Below, piece after piece: positions 38,276 through 48,873 of a stretch of DNA of 64,000 nucleotides (position 1 is the stretch's first letter; every line of letters starts with the position of its first letter). The stretch is taken from assembly GCA_038087875.1 (NCBI GenBank), contig CM075992.1, forward strand, positions 4,094,001-4,158,000, written 5' to 3'. Source of the stretch: Malacoraja senta. Taxonomy: Eukaryota. A program made the translations under genes and the position numbers. A model generated the notes under the pieces. It was not told the DNA's origin, searched no databases, and saw nothing but the letters and a program-made list of their open reading frames with translations.

Positions 38276-39116
38276 TGACAGTATCTCACCTGGAACTAAT
38301 TTAATGTACCAATTTACTGTTGTGTTGTGTCTTTTTAAAATTGCTGGGGGTTTGGGGGTTTTTTCTAACATGTAAATACTGATTCTGTTCTATTCTATTC
38401 TGTTGTTTTTGCACAATCCGCAGGCATTGCCACTTTCATTTCACTGCACATCTTGTATGTGTATGTGCCAAATAAAGTTGACTTGACTTGACTTGATACC
38501 ATTCTGATAGTAATCTGCCTTCTTGTTTTTGCCACCAAAGTGGATAACACTCCAAAGACGTACAGGTTTGTAGGTTAATTGTCTTCTGTATACTGTCCCT
38601 AGTGTGTAAGGTAGAACTAGTGTGTAGGGATTGCTGGTCGGCACAGACTCGATGGGCTGAAGGGCCGGTTTTCACGGAGTATCTCCAAAATTAAAAAAAA
38701 AAACACAGGACATCGCTGAGGAAAATAATCAAATAATGGAGTGTCATCAGCATTTTCTTGCAAAGCTCCCACCAAGATAGAATTCTAAAGTAAATGGTTT
38801 CCCTTCACAAGAATTTACAGGCTTCACTTAACAAAGAATGAAGATGGCACAGATGACCTGGAAAGATTCAGTCAACGAAAGTATATTTGCCCAGAAGGTA
38901 TCGACGAGTTCAGTCAATACTGTGTTTTTCTAAGCAATCTCAAGATGTCTCTTGTGCTATTTGTTTTTATAATCTCCACTTTGCTGATTATTTAGTGACT
39001 ATGCACCATTGACTGAAAGCCTTCCTTTGATAACCCCCATGTAGTGACTTCCATTGGTAACCCCCCCCCCCCCCCCCCTGATTCCCTGACCTTCTGCCTG
39101 AGAGATGTTCACTTAC

Positions 39117-39168
39117 GGTGATCACATGCGCCACACGGATGCAGGTCTATTCTCCTGAGAGAATGGAT
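39117..39168 (-). CDS. Candidate internal exon of an unidentified host gene
   Basis: Acceptor CCTGCCCTTTGCAG|, donor CC|GTAAGT; only one open frame, IHSLRRIDLHPCGACDH, phase 0 to 1. Confidence 0.3.
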
Positions 39169-39892
39169 CTGCAAAGGGCAGGTCTTTGAGGGATGTGGGC
39201 CAAATCATAGCCTCAGAATTAAAGGACGGTTCTTTTAGAAAGGAGATGAGGAGAAATTCCGTTAGTCAATCTGTGGAATTCTTTGCCACAGAAGGCTGTG
39301 GAGGTCAAGTCAGTGGATATTTTTAAGGCATCTCTGGAGAGAAGGAATGGCCGGGTCGGTTTCGGGTCGAGACCCTTCTTGGATCTGAAAGGGACTAGAG
39401 GGTGGGCAACGGATGCAAACTGGGGCGGCCTCAACTAAAGGGCACTTGATGCCTGGTCAGCAAAAGATCAGACACAAAGATCCCACAGATACTGAAAATC
39501 TGAAATAAAAGGGCAGCACTGTGTCACAGAGATAGAGTTGAAGCCTCACAGCGCCTGACATAGTCCCATTGACATTTGGCCCATACCCCTCTAAACTTAC
39601 ACTATCCAGTGTCTGGGTTAGTTTATTGTCGTAAACATCACGCTGCAGTGGAATTCCTTGGTCACGGGCAGCCACAGACAGCGGCGGAGGCCATCTTTGG
39701 TTTTGTTTAAAGCGGAGATTGATAGGTTTTTATTATCAAGGGTGTCGGGGGCTATGGGGAGAAGGCAGGAGAATGGGGTTGAGAGGGAGAGACCGATCAG
39801 CCATGAGCGAATGGCAGAGTAGACTTGATGGGCCAAATGGCCTATTTCTGATCCTATCGCTTATGAACTTATCAAACACCCTGGTACGTACA

Positions 39893-40378
39893 CCAGACTG
39901 ATTCCTGGGATGGCAGGACTTTCATATGAGGAAAGACTGGATAGACTCGGCTTGTACACGTTGGAATTTAGAAGATTGAGGGGGGATCTTATAGAAACTT
40001 ACAAAATTCTTAAGGGGTTGGACAGGCTAGATGCAGGAAGATTATTCCCGATGTTGGAGATCCAGAACTAGGGGTCACAGTTTAAGATAAGAGGGAAGAC
40101 TTTTAGGACCGAGATGAGGAAATCATTTTTTACGCAGAGAGTGGTGAATCTGTGGAATTCTCTGCCACAGAAGGTAGTTGAGGCCAGTTCATTGGCTATA
40201 TTTAAGAGGGAGTTAGATGTGGCCCTTTTTGCTAAAGGGATCAGGGGGTATGGAGAGAGGGCAGGGATGGGATACTGAGTTGGATGATCAGCCATGATCA
40301 TATCAAATGGCGGTGCAGGCTCGAAGGGCCGAATGGCCTACTCCTGCACCTATTATCTATGTTTCTATGTTTCTATGT
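39893..40378 (+). mobile_element. CR1-clade LINE 3' fragment
   Basis: Same consensus as 36383-37150; (TTTCTATG)n tail. Confidence 0.88.
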
Positions 40379-40453
40379 TCTCATCTCACTGCTACCATTG
40401 GGAAGAAGGAACAGGAGCCTGAGAGCCGTGACCTCAGTTTCAAGAACAGCTTC

Positions 40454-40662
40454 TGTAGAGCCGTGCATGTTCCTTTAACATAATGACCTCACCACTACTA
40501 ACCACTCCCCATTATCTTCAGTATAATTGTAACCTTCCCACCCCTAGCTCGCTCTCTAGCTCTGGTAACGGACCACGAACAGCTAGGGCAATATGTGTGT
40601 ATACGACTACAATGTATGCAATAAACTAAGAGTGAAGACACTACGTGTTTGACGTCTTTACA
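40454..40662 (+). repeat. 5' LTR of Gypsy element (209 bp)
   Basis: Direct repeat of 44998-45208; I count 4 substitutions and one 2-bp indel; contains AATAAA. Confidence 0.96.
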
Positions 40663-40680
40663 TGGTGTCAGAAGTGGGAT
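40663..40680 (+). other. Primer binding site, tRNA-Leu type
   Basis: TGGTGTCAGAAGTGGGAT directly after the 5' LTR; complementary to the vertebrate tRNA-Leu(CAA) 3' end ATCCCACTTCTGACACCA (from recall). Confidence 0.85.
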
Positions 40681-40754
40681 CCTGCGTCTCCTGTCTATCG
40701 GGTTTGTTTTGTTTTCTCCAAGTTTTTATTTTCCTTTCAAACCCTTTATGTACT

Positions 40755-43700
40755 ATGGCCAGCTCGTGTCGTAAGCCTGACGTTCTGGTGTTTGACTCTG
40801 ACATCGTTCACCGGTGGACTGTCTTCCGGCGCGACTTCCAGCACTATGTCGCCATCGCTCATCCTAATGCTACCCCTGCGGTTACAGCACATCTGCTCCT
40901 CAACCTGGCTGGCCCGGAGGCCATGGAACGTTTTGAATCTTTCGAGTACGCCGATGGTGAGCATGCAGAGGACCCGATATGTCTCACGAATAAATTTGCC
41001 GCGCTGTGTGACATTCCCACCAATTGCATTATAGAGCGGTTCAAGTTTTTCAGCAGGCGCCAGAAACCCGGGGAGCACATCGACACCTTCGTTGCATCGT
41101 TGCGTCACCTGGCTCGGCGTTCCCGCCTGGACACGTTGACCCCCGACCAAATGGTCAGAGATGTCCTAGTTCACGGTCTACAGGACGTGAAGCTACGGGC
41201 AGAGCTTCTGAGAAAGCCGGACCTCACTTTAAACGAAGCTTTGCATGCCTCTCGCATGGCTGCTGCTGTCGACTCCGTATCTCCCCCTGAGGCTCAGGAC
41301 ATTCACTATGCTGGTACTGCTGAACGCCCGTGGCGCGATGGCCCGCCACGCCAGCGTAGCACTCCCGCGCCCGCGAGGGCTAACCCTCGTCGATGCCCAA
41401 ACTGCAACTTTGTCAGTCATCAATTTAATGTTTGCCCTGCGCTGGGTAAGACTTGTAATTTCTGTAAGAAGCTTAATCACTTCTCCGCAGTGTGCCGTTC
41501 CAGGGGCCAGCCTGTCCCTGCTCCGAGAAGGAGTCTACACAACCTGACTGCTACTGATAGTGTTTATGGCTCCGAATACCTTTCAGACGAACTCCCTGAT
41601 TCTGATAACAGCTCCACCCATGATGAATCGTTTGTTTTTTCAGTCTTGGGTGCACATGCTTTGATAGCTGATCCATCAGTTCGAGTTACTGTGAATGGAA
41701 AGACCTTTTCTGCCAAGGTCGACACGGGGGCGTTTGCAAATGTTATGTCGTTAAGCCTCTTTCAGCAGATAAGATCTGGTGAGAATATTACTGCTGACGA
41801 CTCCCGCCTCCACGCATATGGGGGGAGCGTGCTATTTCCGGTCGGCAAGGCAACCCTTATCTGCACAGTTCTGAATGCCTCTCGGCCCCTCTCTTTCCTC
41901 CTGCTGGAATCTGAGAATGTTACTCTGTTGGGCGCCAGTGCATGCCAGGACCTCGGTTTGGTTTCCTTCCACTGCGATATCCACCTGATGCAGACCCCCA
42001 TGGATCCCATGTGCGAATACCCCAACCGTTTTGACGATGTATTGGGCAAACTACCCTGCAAGTACGAAATCGAGGTGGACCCGGAGGTCCATCCGGTAGT
42101 CCGCCCGGCTCACCGCGTCTCCTTTGCTATGAAGGACAGGGTGGAGTCGACTCTGCGCCAGATGGTGGCTGTGGGCATCATCAAGGAGGTGAGTGATCCC
42201 ACCCGGTGGGTCTCCACCATGGTCGTTGCTTCCAAGAAGGACAAGAGTGAGATTTGGATCTGCATAAACCCCAAGGACCTAAACCTTGCCATCAAGCGCC
42301 CGCACTACCCCATGCGAACGGTGGAGGATGTCGCTGCAAAGGTTGGCCAAGCCACTGTATTCTCTGTCCTCGATGCCAAGAGCTCTTTCTGGCAGATTCC
42401 GCTGGATGAACGTTCATCCTTCCTGACCACGTTTGGTACACCTTTCGGCAGGTTCCGTTTCCTCCGCATGCCTTTCGGGATCAATTCTGCCAGCGAGGTT
42501 TTCCAGCGCACCATGGAGCAGATGTTTACCGGTCTGCTGTGTGCTATCATCGTCGATGACATCTTTGTGTACGGGAGAGACGTCGCTGAGCACGACCTCC
42601 ACCTCCGCCAAGTCCTGGATCGGGCTCGTGAGATCAACCTCAAACTGAACCCCAAGAAGTGCCGCTTCCGCGTCCCGGAGGTCACCTACGTGGGCCACGT
42701 TTTTACGGCTGGGGGTCTAAAACCAGACCCACAGAAGACAGCTGCGGTCTCTGGGATGCCAGCTCCGGTCAACGTGCCCAGCCTGCAGCGCTTCTTGGGC
42801 ATGGTGAACTACCTGGGGAAATTCATTCCCGACCTCAGCGAGCTGAGCGCGCCCCTGAGGGAACTGACCAAGATGGACACTGCCTGGGTTTGGTACCCGC
42901 TGCATCAGGCAGCCTTCGATGACTTAAAATCCCGGCTGGTTCGCACCCCCACTCTGAAGTTCTTCGACTTAAAGCGCCCCACCGTCCTTACCTGCGATGC
43001 CTCAAGTTTCGGTCTCGGTGCTGCCTGCCTGCAACTCTACGACCGCCTGCAACTACCTGTCTCCTACTCCTCCCGCACTATGACCCCTGCCGAACAACGC
43101 TACGCTCAGATCGAGAAGGAGCTCCTTGCCGTGGTGTTTGCCTGCTCGAAGTTCAGGGACTACATTCTGGGTAACACTTTCACTATCGAAACCGACCACC
43201 AGCCGCTGGTCACGATCTTGAACAAACCGATCCACGTTGCCTCTTCCCGTTTGCAGCGTATGATGCTGCAGCTCCAACGCTTCACGTTTCAAATCGTGTA
43301 CCGCAAGGGCAAGGACATGTTTGTGGCCGACACGCTGTCCCGCGCACCGCTGGCTTCTACTGCCCGCCACCCGTACGAATCATCCGACCTGATGGTGCTA
43401 AACGTTAACTTTATGCCTTCCCAGCAGATGCAGTCCCTGATTCACCACACTGCCAATGATCCTGCCCTGCAACAGCTTATAGACGTCATCCGTCGTGGCT
43501 GGCCTGACCGTCGCTCATCCTTGCCGGCTGGTGCTGCGCCCTACTTCCTAGTCCGGGATGAACTTGTGCTGCATGCCGGCGTGGTGGTGAAGGGCCACAA
43601 GGTTGTGGTGCCTGCTGCACTGCGGGACCACTATTTCCAAACTGCCCACAGCGGCCATCCCGGAGCCGATGCCACCCTGTCCCAGGCCCAGAGCCAATTT

Positions 43701-44870
43701 TATTGGCCCGGCATGGCACAGGACATCCGGGATAGGGTCTCCGCCTGCTCAACCTGCAATACCCTCTCTCCCCACCAGCAACGCCAGCCACTCCTGCAAC
43801 AGCCTGCCCCCGCCCTGGCGTGGATGGCGGTCGCTACGGACATATTTGAGTGGCGTGGCAAACATTTCCTGGTCCTTGTCGACTCCTACTCCAGCTGGTT
43901 CGAGATTGAGCGTCTGCGCTCCCTCACTTATGCTGCTGTCATCGGGAAGCTGAAACGCCACTTTGGGACCTTTGGCATTCCTGTGACTGTGCAGTCTGAC
44001 AACGGGGGCCAGTTCACGAGTGCTGAGTTCCGCGCCTTCGCTGCCGCCTATAACTTTCGCCACATCACCAGCAGCCCTGAATACCCGCAGAGCAACGGCC
44101 TTGCTGAGCGCGCCGTCCGCAGTGCCAAGGAGCTGTTGGAGCAGTGCAGACTGTCGCATTCGGATTTTTATCTGGCTCTACTGAATCTCCGAAATATTTG
44201 TCGCGACCATGCCATGGGCTCGCCCGCTCAGCGGCTCATGTCCCGCACCACTCGCCCTCCTATCCCTGTCTCCCAGCGATCCCTACAGCCCGCAGTCCGC
44301 AGCCCTGCTGCTGTCCAGGAGCGCATTACCCAGAAACAGGTCGTCCAGAAGCGCTCCCACAACAAATCATGCCGTCCCCTTCAGCCCCTCTTCAAGGGCC
44401 AGGTCGTCCGGATGCAGTCCCCCTCCGGACACCACCGACTGGCTGTTGTCATCGACTTTGCAGACTCTCCGCGCTCTTACCTAGTTGACTACGAGGGCAC
44501 CATCTACCGCCGGTCCCGCCAGCATTTGCTGCCGGTCAACGAGCCCGCTCCGCCTCCCGCAGCCCCTTTTGCTCCCCCGGTTGCCACCTCGTTGCCTACC
44601 GCTCCTCCCATGCCCAGGACTCTGCCCTCGCGACCCTTGGTGCCCCGTTCTCCCGCTGCTCCTCCTGGCCCCCCCCCATCAAACCTCTCCCACTCGCGTG
44701 CCCGTTGCGGTGCCCGTTTCTCCTCCCCGGTCTCCTCGTCCTCCCTCTCCTGCTCATTCTCCTCTCGGATCCCCTATTGCCCCTCCTGCTCCTGTACCTG
44801 CTCTTCCTTCGGAGGGGGGGGGGGAAGGCGGGCTGCGTACCCGCTCCGGGCATCTGGTCAAGCCGCCTGA
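40755..44870 (+). CDS. Gag-Pol polyprotein (two CCHC knuckles, aspartic protease, RT, RNase H, integrase)
   Basis: Likely start MASSCRKPD at 40755. Motifs: CPNCNFVSHQFNVC and CNFCKKLNHFSAVC; protease VDTGA; RT LDAKSSFWQ...MPFG...IVDD; RNase H CDAS...EKELLA...TDH; integrase H..HPG...CSTC, TD, SDN, SNGLAER. The native C-terminus is probably in another frame ending at 44892. Confidence 0.93.
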   Translation: MASSCRKPDVLVFDSDIVHRWTVFRRDFQHYVAIAHPNATPAVTAHLLLNLAGPEAMERFESFEYADGEHAEDPICLTNKFAALCDIPTNCIIERFKFFSRRQKPGEHIDTFVASLRHLARRSRLDTLTPDQMVRDVLVHGLQDVKLRAELLRKPDLTLNEALHASRMAAAVDSVSPPEAQDIHYAGTAERPWRDGPPRQRSTPAPARANPRRCPNCNFVSHQFNVCPALGKTCNFCKKLNHFSAVCRSRGQPVPAPRRSLHNLTATDSVYGSEYLSDELPDSDNSSTHDESFVFSVLGAHALIADPSVRVTVNGKTFSAKVDTGAFANVMSLSLFQQIRSGENITADDSRLHAYGGSVLFPVGKATLICTVLNASRPLSFLLLESENVTLLGASACQDLGLVSFHCDIHLMQTPMDPMCEYPNRFDDVLGKLPCKYEIEVDPEVHPVVRPAHRVSFAMKDRVESTLRQMVAVGIIKEVSDPTRWVSTMVVASKKDKSEIWICINPKDLNLAIKRPHYPMRTVEDVAAKVGQATVFSVLDAKSSFWQIPLDERSSFLTTFGTPFGRFRFLRMPFGINSASEVFQRTMEQMFTGLLCAIIVDDIFVYGRDVAEHDLHLRQVLDRAREINLKLNPKKCRFRVPEVTYVGHVFTAGGLKPDPQKTAAVSGMPAPVNVPSLQRFLGMVNYLGKFIPDLSELSAPLRELTKMDTAWVWYPLHQAAFDDLKSRLVRTPTLKFFDLKRPTVLTCDASSFGLGAACLQLYDRLQLPVSYSSRTMTPAEQRYAQIEKELLAVVFACSKFRDYILGNTFTIETDHQPLVTILNKPIHVASSRLQRMMLQLQRFTFQIVYRKGKDMFVADTLSRAPLASTARHPYESSDLMVLNVNFMPSQQMQSLIHHTANDPALQQLIDVIRRGWPDRRSSLPAGAAPYFLVRDELVLHAGVVVKGHKVVVPAALRDHYFQTAHSGHPGADATLSQAQSQFYWPGMAQDIRDRVSACSTCNTLSPHQQRQPLLQQPAPALAWMAVATDIFEWRGKHFLVLVDSYSSWFEIERLRSLTYAAVIGKLKRHFGTFGIPVTVQSDNGGQFTSAEFRAFAAAYNFRHITSSPEYPQSNGLAERAVRSAKELLEQCRLSHSDFYLALLNLRNICRDHAMGSPAQRLMSRTTRPPIPVSQRSLQPAVRSPAAVQERITQKQVVQKRSHNKSCRPLQPLFKGQVVRMQSPSGHHRLAVVIDFADSPRSYLVDYEGTIYRRSRQHLLPVNEPAPPPAAPFAPPVATSLPTAPPMPRTLPSRPLVPRSPAAPPGPPPSNLSHSRARCGARFSSPVSSSSLSCSFSSRIPYCPSCSCTCSSFGGGGGRRAAYPLRASGQAA

Positions 44871-44986
44871 ACGTTACGGGGAGTTTGCTTGAATGTTTCA
44901 AGTTTTTTCCTGACGATGTACACGCAGGTTTGTGTCTAGCGTATGAGTCGTGGTCTCACTGTCATCATTGTAATGTTTCCCTTTTC

Positions 44987-44997
44987 AAGGGGAAGGA
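44987..44997 (+). other. Polypurine tract of Gypsy element
   Basis: AAGGGGAAGGA abutting the 3' LTR. Confidence 0.85.
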
Positions 44998-45208
44998 TGT
45001 AGAGCCGTGCATGTTCCTTTAACATAATGACCTCACCACTACTAACCACTCCCCATTATCTTCAGTATAATTGTAACCTTCCCACCCCCAGCTCTCTCTC
45101 TAGCTCCGGTAACGGACCACAAACAGCTAGGGCAATATGTGTGTATACGACTACAATGTATGCAATAAACTAAGAGTGAAGACACTACGTGTTTGACAAG
45201 TCTTTACA
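44998..45208 (+). repeat. 3' LTR of Gypsy element (211 bp)
   Basis: Preceded by polypurine tract AAGGGGAAGGA, followed by TSD GCTTC. Confidence 0.96.
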
Positions 45209-45439
45209 GCTTCTTCCCACCAACTACCAGGCTCTTGAACCATTTTGTACTGTAATTACACTGTTATAATCTGGTTAGCTGATCACATTGAATTATTGAT
45301 TCATTGTAGGTTTGCAAATCACCCTGATTAAGTAATTTCTATGAACAGCATTGCATAAGCACTGAACAATGAGATAAACATTTGATGTCTATTAATGTTT
45401 TGCATTTCAATAGTTCTTTTCATTACCCTGGACACGTAC

Positions 45440-45985
45440 AAAGCATCTTATCGGGCTGCATCTCAGTCTGGTTTGGGAACAGCTCCATCCAAGACCACAA
45501 GAAATTGCATTGAGTTTTGGATGTAGTCTAGACCACCGTACAAACCAACCTCCCTTCCATTGAGCCCATCTACACTTCATGCTGCCTCAGCAAGGCCAGC
45601 AGCATAATCAAGGACCAGTCTCACCCTGGTCTCTCCCTCTTCTCCCCTCTCCCTTCAGGCAAGAGGTCCAGAAGTGTAAAAACACACACTTCCAGATTCA
45701 GCAACCGTTTCTTCCCAGCTGTTATCAGGCAACTGAACCATCCTACCACCAACTAAAGAGCAGTTCTGACCTCCCATCTACTGTACCTCACTGAAGAACA
45801 TTGAATTATCATTAATCAGACTTTATTGGAGTTCAATGTTATATCCTGAACTTGATGTGTACCCTTTATCTGTGCACTGTGGACGGCTTGATAGTATTCA
45901 CATCATCTTTTCTTTCACTGGATTGCACGCAAACAAAAGCCCTTCATTGCATCTCGGTAACGACAATAATAAACTAAACTAAACT
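45440..45985 (+). mobile_element. Older Rex/Babar LINE 3' fragment
   Basis: IIKDQSHPG..LFSPLPSGKR...FFPAVIRQLN; TAAAC tail. Confidence 0.72.
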
Positions 45986-46026
45986 ATAGTCAGGAGACAA
46001 ATCTGTATCACAATTCCTTCCTTAGG

Positions 46027-46325
46027 TTGGCACGGTGGCGCAGCGGTAGAGTTGCTGCCTCACAGCGCCAGAGACCCGGGTTCCATCCTGACTACTGCCT
46101 GCGCGGAGTTTGTACCTTCTCCCCGTGACCTGCGTGGGTTTTCTCCGGGATCTCCGTTTTCCTCCCACACTCCAAAGGCGTACAGGTTTGTAGGTTAATT
46201 TGCTTGGTAAAATAGTGAATTGTCCCTAATGTGTGCAGGATAGTGTTCACGTGTGGGGATCGCTGGTGGGCGCGGGCACAGTGGGCCGAAGGGCCTGTTT
46301 CCGCGCTGTATCTCTAAACTAAACG
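46027..46325 (+). mobile_element. Full-length HE1-type V-SINE (one of more than 20 full or partial copies)
   Basis: tRNA-derived head (A box GGTGGCGCAGCGG, B box GGTTCCATCC), V-domain GTGGGTTTTCTCCGGG...TTCCTCCCACACTCCAAAG, CR1-like tail GGGCCGAAGGGCCTGTTTCC, (TAAAC)n. Confidence 0.88.
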
Positions 46326-46761
46326 AAATGATACCTGTGGCCGTAACTCCCTCTCAGTCAAAACCATAGGAGTGCTTTCACCAGACGGACTGCATTGGTT
46401 CAAGAAAGCAGTTCACTGCCACTTTCACAAGGGCGAGTAGAGATTGTCCATAAATGCTGATGATATTTCCACGGAAAAATAAAAAAAGTGGTTTACCTGG
46501 GTGCTGGGCATCAGGAAATGAAAAATGATGACCTTCGAGGTATATTAAAATTGGAAAACTATGTAAGAAAGTGTGATGTGAATAGAGGTTTAACTGCATC
46601 GCTAAAGATGAATAAAGCAGTCTAGAGGTCATTAAACTCCTCCACCAACATTAATAACAGCACTTCTGTTCCCCTTTAACAATACAATCATTTCAGACAA
46701 ACCTCAGTGTTTGAGAATCCAAAATCAAACATTTTTTATTTAAGGGCAATTTCAGAAACTG

Positions 46762-46961
46762 NNNNNNNNNNNNNNNNNNNNNNNNNNNNNNNNNNNNNNN
46801 NNNNNNNNNNNNNNNNNNNNNNNNNNNNNNNNNNNNNNNNNNNNNNNNNNNNNNNNNNNNNNNNNNNNNNNNNNNNNNNNNNNNNNNNNNNNNNNNNNNN
46901 NNNNNNNNNNNNNNNNNNNNNNNNNNNNNNNNNNNNNNNNNNNNNNNNNNNNNNNNNNNNN
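46762..46961. other. Assembly gap (200 N)
   Basis: Run of N; flanks duplicated. Confidence 0.99.
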
Positions 46962-47214
46962 CACCAACATTAATAACAGCACTTCTGTTCCCCTTTAACA
47001 ATACAATCATTTCAGACAACCTCAGTGTTTGAGAATCCAAAATCAAACATTTTTTATTTAAGGGCAATTTCAGAAACTGTAGAAACATAGAAAAATAGGT
47101 GCAGGAGGTGGCCATTCGGCCCTTCGAGCCAGCACCGCCATTCATTGTGATTATGTAAGCCTTAAATAGCCAATGGCTTAAATAGAAACACCAGTCACAC
47201 TGCCATTTTTAAGA

Positions 47215-47805
47215 CACAAAATGCCAGAGTAACTCAGCGGGACAGGTAGCATCCCTCGAGAATATGGATAGGTGATGTTTCACAGAGTGCTGGAGTTACT
47301 CAGCGGGTCAGGCAGCATCTGTGGTGAACATGGATAGGTGACGTTTCACAGAGTGCTGGAGTAACTCAGCGGGTCAGGCAGCATCTGTGGAGCGAAGGAA
47401 ATAGGCAACCTTTCGGGCTGAAACCCTGAAGGAAATAGGCAACGTTTCGGGCCGAAACCCGGAAGGGTTTCGGGCCGAAACGTTGCCTATTTCCTTCGCT
47501 CCATAGATGCTGCCGGAACATGGATAGGTGACGTTTCACAGAGTGCTGGAGTAACTCAGCGGGTCAGGCAGCATCTGTGGAGAACATGGATAGGTGACGT
47601 TTCACAGTGTGCTGGAGTAACTCAGCAGGTCAGGCAGCATCTCTGGATGAACATGGATAGGTGACGTTTCACAGAGTGCTGGAGTAACTCAGCGGGTCAG
47701 GCAGCATCTGTGGAGAACATGGATAGGTGACGTTTCACAGAGTGCTGGAGTAACTCAGCGGGTCAGGCAGCATCTGTGGAGAACATGGATAGGTGATGTT
47801 TCGGG
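47215..47805 (-). repeat. 66-bp minisatellite derived from the Penelope pseudo-LTR (~7 units)
   Basis: Unit CACAGAGTGCTGGAGTAACTCAGCGGGTCAGGCAGCATCTGTGGAGAACATGGATAGGTGACGTTT at about 47215, 47281, 47347 (partial), 47537, 47603, 47670, 47736. Confidence 0.9.
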
Positions 47806-48873
47806 TTGGAAGAAGGGTCCCGATCTAAAACGTCACCTATCCATGTTCTCCAACGATGTTATTCCAGCATTTTGTGTCTTTCCTTGGTATACCACCATCT
47901 GCAGTCCTTGTTTCCACACTGCTATGTTTTATTATTAATTTTCCAAGCACTGCATTATCATAAGGTCGTAAGTGATATGAGCAGAATTAAGGCCATTCGG
48001 CCCATCAAGTCTACTCTGCCATTCAGTCATGGCTGATCTATCTCTCCCTCCTAACCCCATCACCCTTGACATCTGCATCATTGTGTGAACCCATTCATAA
48101 ATGGGATCATTCTTGTAAACCTCCTCCGGACCCTCTCCGAGGCCAGCACATCCTTCCTCAGACATGGTGCCCAAAATTGCTCACAATACTCCAAATGCGG
48201 TCAGACCAGCTCCTTATAGAACCTCAGCTCTATCTGATCAGTTTGGATTGCATGCAAAACGAACCGTTCCGCTGTACCTCGGTACATGTGGCAAGAATAC
48301 TCCCGGACACAAATGCTGAACAAAACCTGCGGGAAGGCCAGTGAATTCTTTGTCCAGCATTTGCAGATTAACACAAAGCGTGGGCAGATGTTGTCAGTCT
48401 CACTATGGCTTTTAAAAAATTTAATATCTAGGAAGATTTGCAGACAAACACAGCTGAAGAGCATGTCAGAAATTCATTATCTTCAGCTGCCTGTCATAGT
48501 GGACCCAGGCTCTGGCCTCCGTCAATGTGATGCTTCTCAGCTGATGTGCGTTTGCAAGCAATGCGTGGCAGGGAGGCAGGAGGGTGAATCTGTGCTGTTC
48601 TCTGCATGGGTTTTGTGTGCCTGGGTTGTCTCCAAGGCGATCGTGGTAGCCGGTGCACACTTCAGCCACGGGAGGGCTTGCCAGTTAACGAGGGAGGAAT
48701 AGACAGGCCGACAGCACATGGATATCGTTGAGTGATCAGAGAAGGGGCCGCAGGGAGCCGCTAAGGCTGTCAGCTGCTCACGCCTCAACCCGGCTAACTT
48801 CATGTACAACATCAGCCAGGAGCAGAGAGACCACCACATTCAACCTCCCACACCAGCCCCTGGGCTCAACGCC

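Larger units (their letters stand above)
40454..45208 (+). mobile_element. Full-length Gypsy/Ty3 LTR retrotransposon (Mag-like clade)
   Basis: TG...CA LTRs at 40454-40662 and 44998-45208; 5-bp TSD GCTTC (40449-40453, 45209-45213); PBS and PPT in canonical positions; single gag-pol ORF in PR-RT-RH-IN order. Inserted into a Rex/Babar fragment. Confidence 0.97.

Noticed and set aside
38821..38897. Plus-strand exon candidate (LHLTKNEDGTDDLERFSQRKYICPE)
   Set aside because: Weak donor (GTATCG), no convincing partner exon, unrecognised peptide; unresolved.
40662..40754. N-terminal 31 aa of the 1402-aa ORF
   Set aside because: The ATG overlaps the LTR end and PBS; 40755 is the more plausible gag start.
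46027..46100. tRNA gene (A and B boxes)
   Set aside because: tRNA-derived SINE head continuing into the V-domain; the same applies to all similar copies.
46693..47145. ORFs spanning the N run
   Set aside because: Artefacts of the assembly gap.
47215..47805. CRISPR-like array
   Set aside because: Head-to-tail identical units with no unique spacers, no cas genes, vertebrate context.
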